Shown piece by piece: positions 27,168-43,661 of a stretch of 64,000 bases of DNA (position 1 is its first letter; every line of letters begins with the position of its first letter). The position numbers and the translations under genes are program-made. The notes under the pieces are model-generated. The model saw only the letters and a program-made list of their open reading frames with translations. It was not told the origin of the DNA and did no database searches. The DNA is from Deltaproteobacteria bacterium (lineage in GTDB: Bacteria > Myxococcota_A > UBA796 > SXON01): positions 45,340-109,339 of the forward strand of contig JAKFCH010000282.1 of NCBI GenBank assembly GCA_036676765.1, in the 5' to 3' direction.

Positions 27168-28643
27168 TTGACCACGCCCGGCCAACCCGAGATCTTCGGC
27201 AACTACCACCTCCTCGAGAAGATCGCGACCGGCGGCATGGCCGAGGTGTACCGGGCCCGCGCGCACGGCGCGATGGGCTTCGAGAAGATCCTGGTCATCA
27301 AGCGCATCCTCGACACCCTCGCGAAGGACGAGGAGTTCAAGGAGCTCTTCAAGGTCGAGGCCCGCATCGCCGCGCTGCTGTCGCACGTGAACATCGTGCA
27401 GGTGTTCGAGCTCGGCCAGCAGGACGAGAGCCTGTACATCGCGATGGAGTACGTGCACGGCATCGACCTCGCGCGGCTCGTGAGCCGGGCCCGCGGCGTC
27501 GGCGAGTTCCCGGTGCCGCTCGCGCTGTTCGCCTGCGGCGAGGTGCTCAAGGCCCTGCAGTTCGCGCACCACTACACCGACGGCGAGGGCCGCCCGCTCA
27601 ACATCGTGCACTGCGACATCTCCCCCCAGAACATCCTCATCAGCTTCTCGGGCGAGGTGAAGATCACCGACTTCGGCATCAGCCGCGCCGCGATCCAGAA
27701 GGGGAACCAGGACGTAATCCGGGGCAAGTACGCCTACATGAGCCCCGAGCAGGTCGAAGGCAAGCCGCTCGACGGCCGCAGTGACCTGTTCTCCCTCGGG
27801 ATCGTGCTCTACGAGCTCCTCACGGGGCGGCGCCTCTTCAAGTCCAAGAGCCGCGACGAGACCCTCGCGCGCGTCCGCCGCGCCGAGGTGCCGAGCCCGC
27901 GCGCCTACCGTCCGGAGATCAGCGAGGATCTGGAGGCCTTCCTCCTCCGCACCCTCTCCCGCCACCGCGAGGACCGGTACGCCGACGCCGCGGAGATGAT
28001 GGACGCGCTGTCCGCGCTCATCGTGCGCGAGGGGCACCGCGCCACCAACAACGACCTGTCGACCTACCTGCGCGAGGTCATCGACGCCGCCAACGCCTCC
28101 GCCGAGCCCGCGGAGTCCGCGCGGCCCCGGGTCGCCCGCACCGTGGCGCCCTCGCCGGTCGTCGTGCTGGCCATGGAGGCCTCCCCCCCGCCCCGGAGCA
28201 TCGCCACGCCGCGGGCCGGCCTCGCCGGGCTCACCCTGGAGTGGGCGGGCATCATCCAGGAGGGGGGCGGCGAGATCTGGGAGCGCGGCGAGGGATCGCT
28301 GCTCATCTGCTGGACCGTGACCCAGGGGTTCCGGGACACGGTGAGCAAGGCCGTGCGCACGAGCATCGCCCTGCAGAAGGCGACGGCGGCCGCCGGGTAC
28401 CGGCTCTCGGTGGGGGTCGCCCCGGGGGTGGCCCGCGTGCTGCCGGAGACCCGCCGCCCCGCCGAGGGTTGGGAGCTGGCGGGCCCGTTCTACCTCGCGC
28501 GTTGGATGATGAACCTCTCGGCGCACCGCGGCCGCGTGCTGCTCACCGAGGTGGGGGCCCGGCAGGTGGAGGAGGGGACCACCTTGTTGGGGAGGATCCC
28601 CATTCAGGGGAATAAATATATCAATCTATACGAGGTGGGCTGA
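27168..28643 (+). CDS. Ser/Thr protein kinase (non-RD, HCD catalytic loop) with C-terminal domain of unclear family
   Basis: TTG start with GGAG 5 nt upstream. Gly-loop IATGGMAEVY, VIK Lys, catalytic loop VHCDISPQNIL, ITDFGIS and YMSPEQ. Confidence 0.85.
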   Translation: MTTPGQPEIFGNYHLLEKIATGGMAEVYRARAHGAMGFEKILVIKRILDTLAKDEEFKELFKVEARIAALLSHVNIVQVFELGQQDESLYIAMEYVHGIDLARLVSRARGVGEFPVPLALFACGEVLKALQFAHHYTDGEGRPLNIVHCDISPQNILISFSGEVKITDFGISRAAIQKGNQDVIRGKYAYMSPEQVEGKPLDGRSDLFSLGIVLYELLTGRRLFKSKSRDETLARVRRAEVPSPRAYRPEISEDLEAFLLRTLSRHREDRYADAAEMMDALSALIVREGHRATNNDLSTYLREVIDAANASAEPAESARPRVARTVAPSPVVVLAMEASPPPRSIATPRAGLAGLTLEWAGIIQEGGGEIWERGEGSLLICWTVTQGFRDTVSKAVRTSIALQKATAAAGYRLSVGVAPGVARVLPETRRPAEGWELAGPFYLARWMMNLSAHRGRVLLTEVGARQVEEGTTLLGRIPIQGNKYINLYEVG

Positions 28644-29550
28644 CCGGATCGCCCTCCGCGTTGTCGGGCAACCAGAGGCTCGCCGAGCTGACCTCGCGGA
28701 CGAGCGCGGCGAGCTCGCCGAGCTGGACGGCGCGGGACAGGACGTGGACGGCGTCGTCAGCGAGGTCCCGGCAGACGGCCTCGACGTCCCCCGCGAGCAG
28801 GATGGCGGCGATCGACTCCCCGTGCGGCGAGCGTCGCAGCCCGCGGACCACCTCCGCGCCGCGGATGTCGGGGAGGGCATCGTCGACGATCACCACGTTG
28901 GGAAGTGTTGACATAAGTAGTGCGAATGCGTTTCTCGCATCCGAAGCGTGACGAACGCGGTGGCCTTGCGCCCCGAGCAGGTCACGGACGCGCTGGATGA
29001 GGTCGGCGTCCGGGGTGGCGATCAGGACCTCGAGCGGCCAGAGCAGCGGCGCCCCCTCCGGCGGTTCGGGCTCGGCTCCCAGGGCGATCACCGGCGTTGT
29101 CGGCTCCCGATGCAACAACGCGAGGCCCGACCCCAGGAGGGTCCAATACAAGCCGAGCTGCCGCGCGGCGTTGAGGATCTCGGGGAAGTGGATGGGCTTC
29201 CGAACGTAGATGTTGGCACCCAGCGAGTAGCTCCGCAGCATGTCCCGCTCCTCGGTCGAGGATGTAAGGACGACGACAGGGACATGCTCGGTCCGGGGGT
29301 CCGCGCGGAGGTGCTCGAGCACCTCGAGCCCCGAGATCCGGGGGAGCTTGAGGTCGAGGAGGATGAGGCCGGGCTGGAGGTCGGTGTCACGATCCGCGTG
29401 CGCCCCGCGGCCGAAGAGGTAGTCCAGGGCCTCCTCGCCATCCCGCGCGACCACCACCTCGTTGCCGATGTTGTTCCGCTCGAACGCCCGGAGGGTCTGC
29501 TTCACGTCGTCCGGGTTGTCCTCCACGAACAGGATGACCTCACACCGCAT
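28621..29550 (-). CDS. Dual-receiver response regulator (Rcp1-like REC plus second REC), paralog A
   Basis: REC1 is [11 protein letters not shown]...[13 protein letters not shown]...VVVLTSS...VRKP. REC2 is [13 protein letters not shown]. This is the real 3'-terminal 309 codons of the spurious 2,494-aa ORF 28621..36105. Confidence 0.85.
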   Translation of the reverse strand: MRCEVILFVEDNPDDVKQTLRAFERNNIGNEVVVARDGEEALDYLFGRGAHADRDTDLQPGLILLDLKLPRISGLEVLEHLRADPRTEHVPVVVLTSSTEERDMLRSYSLGANIYVRKPIHFPEILNAARQLGLYWTLLGSGLALLHREPTTPVIALGAEPEPPEGAPLLWPLEVLIATPDADLIQRVRDLLGAQGHRVRHASDARNAFALLMSTLPNVVIVDDALPDIRGAEVVRGLRRSPHGESIAAILLAGDVEAVCRDLADDAVHVLSRAVQLGELAALVREVSSASLWLPDNAEGDPVSPPRID

Positions 29551-29721
29551 GCCGACCTCCCCCCCGAAACGCGGGTCGTGCGCGGCGACAGCAGCGCTCC
29601 CGTCGCGAGGCTCTCCTCTCATCAGACCACGAAGGCGCCTGACTGTCCACCGGGGCGTGGGGCCGGCGGGGCCAGGACCCCGTGGGGGCGCCGTGGTACC
29701 TTGAGGGCCTTCGGAGAGACG

Positions 29722-35793
<6,072 letters not shown>

Positions 35794-35797
35794 TTCA

Positions 35798-37405
35798 ATG
35801 GAACCCCTCCACGCCGTCGAGACCTCGGAGCCCGTCAAGGTGCTGCTCGTGGACGACAATCCGGCCAACCTGGTCGCGATGTCGGCGGCGATCGAGGGGC
35901 TGGACGCCCAGGTGGTCACCGCGCGGTCGGGCACCGAGGCCCTCGGGTGCCTGCTGCGCGGGGAGTTCGCCGCCATCCTGATGGACGTGCAGATGCCCAT
36001 CCTCGACGGCTTCGAGACCGCCGAGCTCATCCGCAAGCGCCCGCGCACGAAGGAGACCCCGATCATCTTCGTGACGGCGATCAGCCAGGCGGACGAACAC
36101 GTCACGCGGGGCTACGCGATCGGCGCGGTCGACTACGTGTTCAAGCCCGTTCCCGCGGAGACCCTCCGCGCGAAGGTGGCCGTGTTCGTCGACCTCGCGC
36201 GCAAACGGGCGATGATCGCACGGCAGGCCGCGCAGCTCCGGCAATCCGAGGCGCGCTACCGCCAGCTCGTCGAGGGCATGCCCGCGACCGTGTACACGGC
36301 CAACCTCGATGCGTTCGGGTCCACCCGGTACATCAGCCCGCAGGTCGAGCCGATGCTCGGCTTTCCTCAGGACGCGTGGCTGGCGGATCCACACTTCGCC
36401 ATCGACCGGCTCGATCCCGAGGACCGGAAGCGCGTGCTCCGCCAGTTCGCCCGCACCGTCGCGAAGGGTACTGGGTTCTCGGCCGAGTACCGGATGCTGG
36501 CGGCGGACGGGCGGGTCGTCTGGGTGCGGGACGAGGCGACCGTCGTGCCCGGGCCCACCGGCGCCCCCGATCACCTCCAGGGCGTTCGCCTCGACGTCAC
36601 CGATCGCCGCCTCGCCCAGGAGGCGTTGCGGGAGGCGAACGAGACCCTCCGCGCGAACGCCAAGGAGCTGCGCCGCGCGAAGGAGGCCGCCGAGTTCGCG
36701 AACAAGGAGCTCGAGACCTTCAACTACGCCGTCGCCCACGACCTCCGAGCGCCGCTGCGCAGCATCAACGGCTTCAGCGAGGCGCTGCTCGAGGACTACG
36801 CCCCCGTGCTCGACGACGAGGGGAAGGATCTCCTCAACCGCGTCATCGCCGGGGGCGTCTGGATGGGGCGCCTCATCGACGACCTCCTCCACCTCTCCCA
36901 CTGCACGCGCTCGCAGATGCGCCAGGAGGACGTGGATCTCGGCGTGCTCGCGACGAACTGCCTCGCCCAGCTCGCCGCCGCGAGCCCGGAGCGGCACGTC
37001 AACATCGAGGTGGCCCCGTCGCTCACCGCGCGCGGGGACCCCCACTTGCTACGGGCGGCGCTGGAGAACCTGCTCCGCAACGCGTGGAAGTTCACGTCCA
37101 AGCAGGACTCCGCCACCATCCAGGTCGGCCGGGATCCCGAGACCGACGCCTACTTCGTGCGGGACGACGGGGCCGGCTTCGACATGGCCTACGCCTCCAA
37201 GCTGTTCAACGCCTTCCAGCGGCTCCACCGGCAGGACGAGTTCGAAGGCAACGGCATCGGGCTCATCACCGTCAAGCGGATCGTCGAGCGCCACGGGGGC
37301 CGGATCTGGGGAGACGGCGCGCCGGGCCGCGGCGCCACGTTCTCGTTCACGCTCGGGGAACACGAGCCCGACGTGGTCCCGCCGGATGATCAGCGGCGGG
37401 GTTGA
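35798..37405 (+). CDS. Hybrid REC-PAS-histidine kinase
   Basis: Starts 4 nt after the poly-HAMP kinase stop. REC VLLVDDNP...ILMDVQMPILDG. PAS-like YRQLVEGMPATVY...WVRDEA. H-box AHDLRAPLRSI and G-box GNGIGLITVKRIV. Confidence 0.9.
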   Translation: MEPLHAVETSEPVKVLLVDDNPANLVAMSAAIEGLDAQVVTARSGTEALGCLLRGEFAAILMDVQMPILDGFETAELIRKRPRTKETPIIFVTAISQADEHVTRGYAIGAVDYVFKPVPAETLRAKVAVFVDLARKRAMIARQAAQLRQSEARYRQLVEGMPATVYTANLDAFGSTRYISPQVEPMLGFPQDAWLADPHFAIDRLDPEDRKRVLRQFARTVAKGTGFSAEYRMLAADGRVVWVRDEATVVPGPTGAPDHLQGVRLDVTDRRLAQEALREANETLRANAKELRRAKEAAEFANKELETFNYAVAHDLRAPLRSINGFSEALLEDYAPVLDDEGKDLLNRVIAGGVWMGRLIDDLLHLSHCTRSQMRQEDVDLGVLATNCLAQLAAASPERHVNIEVAPSLTARGDPHLLRAALENLLRNAWKFTSKQDSATIQVGRDPETDAYFVRDDGAGFDMAYASKLFNAFQRLHRQDEFEGNGIGLITVKRIVERHGGRIWGDGAPGRGATFSFTLGEHEPDVVPPDDQRRG

Positions 37406-38703
37406 TCGGCCGGGGGCCGCGCGGCCGGCGCCAGGAGGAACTCGAGGAGCTCGGTCCGAGCGGCGCGGATCCGCGCGGCGTTCGCGGAGACGGAGGAGCG
37501 CTCGTCCTGCGAACGAGCCGCCTGGGCACGCTGCGCGAGGGTGAGGATCAACGCGTCGGCCGCCCGCACGACCTCCGCCGCGACGGCGCCCTCGGGGACG
37601 CCGAGCAGCGCCCAGGTCGACGAGGACGGCGTCCGCGAGGTCGGAGGCACCGCGCGCGTGGGCGCGATGGGCGCCGACGGCGGGGCCGCCACGCGGGGGG
37701 CGGCGGCCGGGGCGGCAACCCGGGGCGCTTCGGCGGCCAGCTCCCGCACGCGACGGGCATCCACGTGTTCGCGGATCAGGTCCGTGAGCGCCAGGACGTC
37801 GAGCGGCTTGCCGAGGACCCGCACGCCGTCGTCGGCGATGGCCAGGGCCGTACCGGCCACGTCGCGGGCGAGGAGGATCGTCGGGACCTCGTCCGCGCGC
37901 GGAGACGAGCGCACCGCACGCGCCACCTCGATCCCGCTGATGTCGGCGAGGTGCACGTCGAGGATCACCACGTCGGGCCGGTCCGAGAGGAGCACCCGGA
38001 AGGCGCCCCGCGCGTCGTTCGCGTGCAGCACGGCGTAGTTCTCGTTGCCGAGGGTGTCGCCGACGATGCGGCGCATCTCCGTGTCGGCCGTGCCGAGGAG
38101 CACGCGCAGCGCGCTGGGATCGACGGGCCGCTGCGGCGGGAGGTCGGGGAGGGGGGGCGTCGGCACGGAACGCGGCCCCTCGCCGGGCTGCTCGCGCGAG
38201 CCGTGGAGCAACGAGAGCCCCGACTCGACGAGGGACCAGTAGACGCCCAGGTGGCGGGCGGCGCTGAGGAATTCCTTGAATTGGACGGGCTTCCGAACGT
38301 AGACGTTGGCGCCGAGGGTGTAGCTCCGCGTCAGGTCCTGCTGTTCGGTGGAGGAGGTGAGCACCACCACCGGCACGTGCCGCGTCCGCTCGAAGCCACG
38401 GAGCGCTCGCAGCACCTCCAGGCCGCTCACCCTGGGCAGCTTCAGGTCCAGCAGGATGAGGCCCGGCTGGACCGTGGTGTCCCGCCCGGCGAAGATGCCC
38501 TCGCCGAAGAGGTAGTTGAGGGCCTCGGTGCCGTCGCGCGCGACCACGACCGGGTTGCCGACGTTGTTCCGGGCGAAGGCGCGTAGCGTGTGCTTCACGT
38601 CATCGACGTTGTCCTCCACCACGAGGATGACCTGGTTCTTCAGGGCCTCCTGTCGTGGCACGGAGTCGCGCGGCCCGGGAGGAACCAACTGGTGGTCTTT
38701 CAT
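37390..38703 (-). CDS. Dual-receiver response regulator, paralog B, with ~120-aa Ala/Pro-rich and helical C-terminal tail
   Basis: REC1 is ILVVEDNVDDV...[13 protein letters not shown]...VVVLTSS...VRKP. REC2 is VVILDVHLADISG. GGAG lies 7 nt upstream of the ATG. REC1 matches paralog A at 99 of 136 hand-aligned positions. Confidence 0.85.
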   Translation of the reverse strand: MKDHQLVPPGPRDSVPRQEALKNQVILVVEDNVDDVKHTLRAFARNNVGNPVVVARDGTEALNYLFGEGIFAGRDTTVQPGLILLDLKLPRVSGLEVLRALRGFERTRHVPVVVLTSSTEQQDLTRSYTLGANVYVRKPVQFKEFLSAARHLGVYWSLVESGLSLLHGSREQPGEGPRSVPTPPLPDLPPQRPVDPSALRVLLGTADTEMRRIVGDTLGNENYAVLHANDARGAFRVLLSDRPDVVILDVHLADISGIEVARAVRSSPRADEVPTILLARDVAGTALAIADDGVRVLGKPLDVLALTDLIREHVDARRVRELAAEAPRVAAPAAAPRVAAPPSAPIAPTRAVPPTSRTPSSSTWALLGVPEGAVAAEVVRAADALILTLAQRAQAARSQDERSSVSANAARIRAARTELLEFLLAPAARPPADQPRR

Positions 38704-38731
38704 TGGGTCTCCGGTGCAGGTCGAGGATAAC

Positions 38732-39784
38732 TTACATCAGGCTTGCATCCAAGTTCGCGCCCGTTGGTCTCGCTTGCGTCAACGCCGCCTCCACGAGGCG
38801 GACGCACAGGGCATCGAGCGCCTCCCGGTCGGGCTCCCGGGGCAGGGGTGACCGCCCGGCGAGATGGTACGCATCGAGCTCCGCTTCGACCTCGTCGGCC
38901 CACCCGAGGAGGCGGTCGTAGTCCCAGGCGCCGTTCCGGATCTCGAGGAGCTCGGCGGCGTCGATGTCGCCGCGCCACACGTCCACCCGCCCCGTCGTCA
39001 GGATCTCCTTGCCCATGCGGAGGAGCCGCACGAGGTGGGCCCCGTGCTTCGTGTCGTACCCATGGCGCGCCTCCAGCGCCGCGCGCGCCGGGTTGCGGGA
39101 GGCCTTCCAGTGTTGGTACTGCTCCCAGTGGGTGCGGGCGGCGCGGTAGTGCTTCTCGCGCTGGAGGAGCTCCAGCGCGCCGACCGACAAGCCCAGCTCC
39201 GCGGCCGATACTCCGCGTTCCAGTAGGGTGTCGAGCGCGCCGAGCTGGTCGCGCGGGAGCACGCCGCCCCCCTCCGGCAGGCCGTGGGCGCGCCGCGTGG
39301 GCTCCTCCTTCGGTGGGTGCAGCAGCCACTCGCGGTGGCTTCGGATCCGCTTCAGTTGGGCGTGTGCATATCCGGCGAAGGTGTGCCTGCATTTCTGTGA
39401 CAGGAAAAGTTGCCTTTCGTCACGAAGGCGTGCTCCGACCGGGGTGGCGAGGCGCACCTCGTCTTCGCGACAGAACAATACGTCGAGGATGTTGGGGTTT
39501 GCCTCCGCGGCGAGCCCCATGAACTTGCGCAGGTCGTAGACCACGCCCTCGAGCTTGGCCGTGCCGACGGCGGCGCGCTCCTCCGCGGAGAGCAGCGGCG
39601 CGAACGGGGCGAGGTGCTCCGGCTTGTCGACCTGCTCGAACCGATGGAGGAAGCCGTGGAGGAAGCGGGCGGGGGGTACGGCCACGCCCTTCACGTCCAC
39701 GTCGCTGGTGGGAGTGTGGATGCCGTAGGCGCGAGACCCACCGATGGTGAGGAGCACGGTGTGGTCGAGCAGATCGAAGGTCAT
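38732..39784 (-). CDS. Pol-beta-superfamily nucleotidyltransferase, RlaP-like
   Basis: The N-terminus GGSRAYGIHTPTSDVDVKGV is the GS-x-YG...SD-x-D NTase motif. The helical C-terminal half has TKHGAHLVRLLRMGKEILTTGRV. ATGA overlap with the upstream FG-GAP gene. Confidence 0.65.
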   Translation of the reverse strand: MTFDLLDHTVLLTIGGSRAYGIHTPTSDVDVKGVAVPPARFLHGFLHRFEQVDKPEHLAPFAPLLSAEERAAVGTAKLEGVVYDLRKFMGLAAEANPNILDVLFCREDEVRLATPVGARLRDERQLFLSQKCRHTFAGYAHAQLKRIRSHREWLLHPPKEEPTRRAHGLPEGGGVLPRDQLGALDTLLERGVSAAELGLSVGALELLQREKHYRAARTHWEQYQHWKASRNPARAALEARHGYDTKHGAHLVRLLRMGKEILTTGRVDVWRGDIDAAELLEIRNGAWDYDRLLGWADEVEAELDAYHLAGRSPLPREPDREALDALCVRLVEAALTQARPTGANLDASLM

Positions 39785-41217
39785 GGTGCCCAGGGGACGA
39801 CGTACGCGGCGCCGCCGATGGGCGCCGGATCGCGATTGTAGGGAGCGCCGACGAGGACGCCGGGGGAGCCCGCGCCGTCGACGTTGGCGAGGCCGACGAG
39901 GGCGGTGCCGGCGAGATCGCCCGCGCCTTCACCGGCCCGGATCAGGTCGGCGTCGGCGAGGTCGAGGGTGCCCGCGCCGAGCGGGGCGCCGAACAGCGCG
40001 ACGAGGCCGGCGTCGACCGCGGCGCGGTCTTCGCCGGCGTCCGCCGCGGGCGCCCCGATGGCCACGCCGTCCGTCACGGGGAGGGAGTCGGGAGGGCCGG
40101 GCACGAAGGCCACGGCGTAGCCGGCCTCGTCACCGACGGTGGCCCCGACGAATTGGATCGCGTCCGCGAGCGCGCCGGCTCGCCACAGGTAGACGCGCCC
40201 GGGCCCGTCGGCGTCGGCCCCGAGGAGCAGCTCACCCCGGCCATCGCCATCGGTGTCGCCGCCGCACGCCACGGCGCCGCCGACGTAGCCCCCCGCGCGC
40301 TCCCCGAGCAGCACGGTGTCCGCGTCGGCGAGGCTCCACGTGCCCGCCGCGATCGGGCCGGCGTAGAGGGCGACCGCGCCGCCGTCCTCGGCCCCGCCGT
40401 CCTGACCGGGCGCGGCGATCACCACGTCGGCGAGGCCGTCGCCATCGAGATCGCCCGCGCGGCACAAGGCGCCGCCGACGCCATCTCCCGTCACGTTCTC
40501 GGCGTGCTTCGCCGGCCCCGCCGCGACCCCGCCTCCGCCCACGAACGTCGCGATCGGGCCGGCCGCGAGCGAGACGAGCCGCACCTCCCCCGCGTCGCGC
40601 GCCCCCCGATCGCTCCCCGGGGCGCCGAGGAGCACGTCCTCGACACCGTCGCCGTCGAGATCTCCCGCGAACGCCACGCTCGTGCCGAGGGCGTCGGCAA
40701 CGGCGTCGCCGGTCCACGACTCCGGGGCGTCGCCCACGGAGGTCCGGCCGAGGGGGAGGGGGCCGCGGAGGAGCCACGCCGCGCCGGCCGACTCGCCGCC
40801 CCGATCGCTCCCCGGGCCGCCCACTAGCAGCTCGTCGACGCCGTCGCCGTCGAGGTCGACCCCGGAGGCCACGGCGTACCCGGCGAAGTCGTAGTCGTCG
40901 GCCTGCGCGAGGCACGACGGCGCGTCGCGGAGGAGGTGGTCGCCGGATGCGACGGGGCCGGGGATCACGCAGGTGATCCGCCCGCCGAGGCCGGCCACGA
41001 CGAGGTCCACGGCGCCGTCCCCGTCGAGATCGCCCGCGGTCACGGCGCTCCCGGCGAGGTCGCCGGCGTCGCCACGGATCGCGATGGGGGCCTCCGCCAG
41101 GCTGATGGGCGCGGGCGCCGGTTCGGGGGTCGGGTCGTCGCCGGGGCAGCCGGACAGGGCCAGCCCGACGATCAGCGGGATCAGGCCGGAGATCCGGGCG
41201 AGCGGGGGCGAACGCAT
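39781..41217 (-). CDS. FG-GAP repeat lipoprotein (integrin-alpha-like beta-propeller)
   Basis: Lipobox LALSGC. Repeated motifs: GDLDGDGVEDVLLGAPG, GDLDGDGLADVVIAAPG, GDTDGDGRGELLLGA, VDLDGDGVDELLVGGPG. Start at the internal Met of ORF 39781..41520. Confidence 0.8.
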   Translation of the reverse strand: MRSPPLARISGLIPLIVGLALSGCPGDDPTPEPAPAPISLAEAPIAIRGDAGDLAGSAVTAGDLDGDGAVDLVVAGLGGRITCVIPGPVASGDHLLRDAPSCLAQADDYDFAGYAVASGVDLDGDGVDELLVGGPGSDRGGESAGAAWLLRGPLPLGRTSVGDAPESWTGDAVADALGTSVAFAGDLDGDGVEDVLLGAPGSDRGARDAGEVRLVSLAAGPIATFVGGGGVAAGPAKHAENVTGDGVGGALCRAGDLDGDGLADVVIAAPGQDGGAEDGGAVALYAGPIAAGTWSLADADTVLLGERAGGYVGGAVACGGDTDGDGRGELLLGADADGPGRVYLWRAGALADAIQFVGATVGDEAGYAVAFVPGPPDSLPVTDGVAIGAPAADAGEDRAAVDAGLVALFGAPLGAGTLDLADADLIRAGEGAGDLAGTALVGLANVDGAGSPGVLVGAPYNRDPAPIGGAAYVVPWAP

Positions 41218-41311
41218 CGGGGCAACGTGCGCCGCGGGGGGCGCCCGGTCAACCTCGGCCGCCGCCGACGGGCTGGTCGACATCGCGCCCGCCCGCGGGT
41301 AACGGTGTCGC

Positions 41312-41692
41312 GTGACGCTGCTGCTCCTGTTCGCCTGTACCGGCGCGCCCTCCGAAACCGGGGCGACGATCACCATCCTCTCGCCGCTCCCCGAGTCACG
41401 GGTGTGCGGCACCCCGCTCGTCCTGACCACCGCGGTCACGGGCATCACGCTGGTCGATCCGTTCCCGGACGACACCGATCCCCCCGAAGCCGGCACCGGC
41501 CACATCGACCTCGCGATCAACGGCCAGGAAGAGGACGACTGGATGTACTCCGGCGAACAGATCGTCGTGACCGGCCTCGCGGACGGGTACTACCAGGTCA
41601 AGGTCGAGCTCTCCAGCGCCGACCACACCCCGATCGAGCCCTACGCCGGGGACCTCGTGTACGTCACGATCGACTCGGGGGTTTGTGGGTAG
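41312..41692 (+). CDS. Small lipoprotein, function unknown
   Basis: A GTG start is followed by MTLLLLFAC (lipobox). 126 aa, predicted beta-rich. Confidence 0.55.
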   Translation: MTLLLLFACTGAPSETGATITILSPLPESRVCGTPLVLTTAVTGITLVDPFPDDTDPPEAGTGHIDLAINGQEEDDWMYSGEQIVVTGLADGYYQVKVELSSADHTPIEPYAGDLVYVTIDSGVCG

Positions 41693-41705
41693 AGGCAAAG
41701 GCACT

Positions 41706-41895
41706 GGAAAAGGCAGAAGAATTTCACCACAGAGACACAGAGGACACAGAGAAGAGGAAGAACAGGACGAGAAAATAGAGGCGGAAACGGACTTTGGCTC
41801 ACATCCTCCTGCCTTGTTCCAAGTCTTTCTTCCCCTCTGCCTTTTCCTGACTCTGTGCTCTCTGTGCCTCTGTGGTGCAATTCCGGCTGCCTTCC
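41706..41895. repeat. Imperfect inverted repeat (arms ~46 nt, 99-nt spacer) forming a ~50% GC island
   Basis: The left core GAATTTCACCACAGAGACACAGAGGACACAGAG (41719-41751) pairs with the right core 41851-41883, whose reverse complement is GAATTGCACCACAGAGGCACAGAGAGCACAGAG (29 of 33 positions). Both arms extend outward with GGAA(AA)GGCAG. It lies between two convergent genes. Confidence 0.85.
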
Positions 41896-41933
41896 TGCCT
41901 TCGGGGCGTTGCGGGGGGGACCCCCGCCCCAAG

Positions 41934-42893
<960 letters not shown>

Positions 42894-42935
42894 GCCGTCC
42901 TTTAACCGACGCCGCCGCCGTGGGACGGACCGCGG

Positions 42936-43661
42936 TCACGGCGGTGGGCGCACGTAATCGAGCGTACCCATCCCGTTCGCGACGTAGGTGTTCTCGAGCG
43001 GGAGCAGGCCGCCGACGCCGAACTGCAGGTCGCGCGGATCGCCGAGCCACCGGGCGACCGAGGAGAGCCCCCCGGGATCGACCCGCCACAGCTCCTCGGG
43101 ATCGCCGTGCGCGACGTAGAGGCGCCCCTTCCCGTCCATGGCGGCGGCGCGGGCGTCCACGAGATCGGTCACGACCGGGCGGAGGCCGCCGGTCGACACC
43201 GTCCGGTAGACGGAGTCGGGGGTGACGACGAGGTAGCTCTCGTCGGGGCCGAGCGCGATCGCCCGCGCGTCGTCGCGCTCGCCGAGGCGGAGACGGGTCC
43301 GCGCACCCGTCGCCACGTCGATGTGTTCGTAGGCGTCCGGGTAGAGCACCACGAGCTCGCCGTACCCGGCGAGGACATCCACGGCGCCGGGCGTGTCGAG
43401 GCCCCCCCCGGGCCAGGTGACCCGCCCCGCGCGGAGCACGTAGGTGCGGTTCGGATCGGCGGCGACGGCGTCGGCCGGGGCCTCCTCCAGGCGCTCGGCC
43501 CGGCCCTCTCCGTCCACCGCGTACACGCCCGTGGAGGTGGCGATCACGAGCCGCCCGTCCGCGCGCGCCGTGACCGACCGGGCCTCCCCCAGGCCGGGCG
43601 CGAGCACGTAGGGGGACTCCAGGAGGCGGTCGAGGCAGCCCGCGAGGGCGAGCAGGATCAC
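42936..43661 (-). CDS. Lipoprotein, possible beta-propeller, function unknown
   Basis: A GTG start is followed by MILLALAGC (lipobox). GTGA overlap with the aminotransferase stop. Confidence 0.5.
   Translation of the reverse strand: MILLALAGCLDRLLESPYVLAPGLGEARSVTARADGRLVIATSTGVYAVDGEGRAERLEEAPADAVAADPNRTYVLRAGRVTWPGGGLDTPGAVDVLAGYGELVVLYPDAYEHIDVATGARTRLRLGERDDARAIALGPDESYLVVTPDSVYRTVSTGGLRPVVTDLVDARAAAMDGKGRLYVAHGDPEELWRVDPGGLSSVARWLGDPRDLQFGVGGLLPLENTYVANGMGTLDYVRPPP

Noticed and set aside
29694-29708. Sigma54-like element TGGTAC-N-GGGC with correct GG-N10-GC spacing upstream of the poly-HAMP kinase
   Set aside because: It is a weak match to TGGCAC-N5-TTGC. It also lies so close to the ATG (29722) that transcription would start downstream of the GGAG ribosome-binding site.
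37522-37614. J-domain-like start (WALLGVPEGAVAAEVVRAADALILTLAQRA) in the tail of response regulator B
   Set aside because: The resemblance is limited to the LLGVP...A pattern. No HPD tripeptide follows, so a DnaJ-type J-domain is not supported.
39744-40976. 410-aa plus-strand ORF that is almost entirely Arg, Pro and Gly (RRRRGR...)
   Set aside because: It is antisense to the FG-GAP lipoprotein gene, whose repeats (GDLDGDG...) and lipobox are convincing. The composition is not credible for a real protein.
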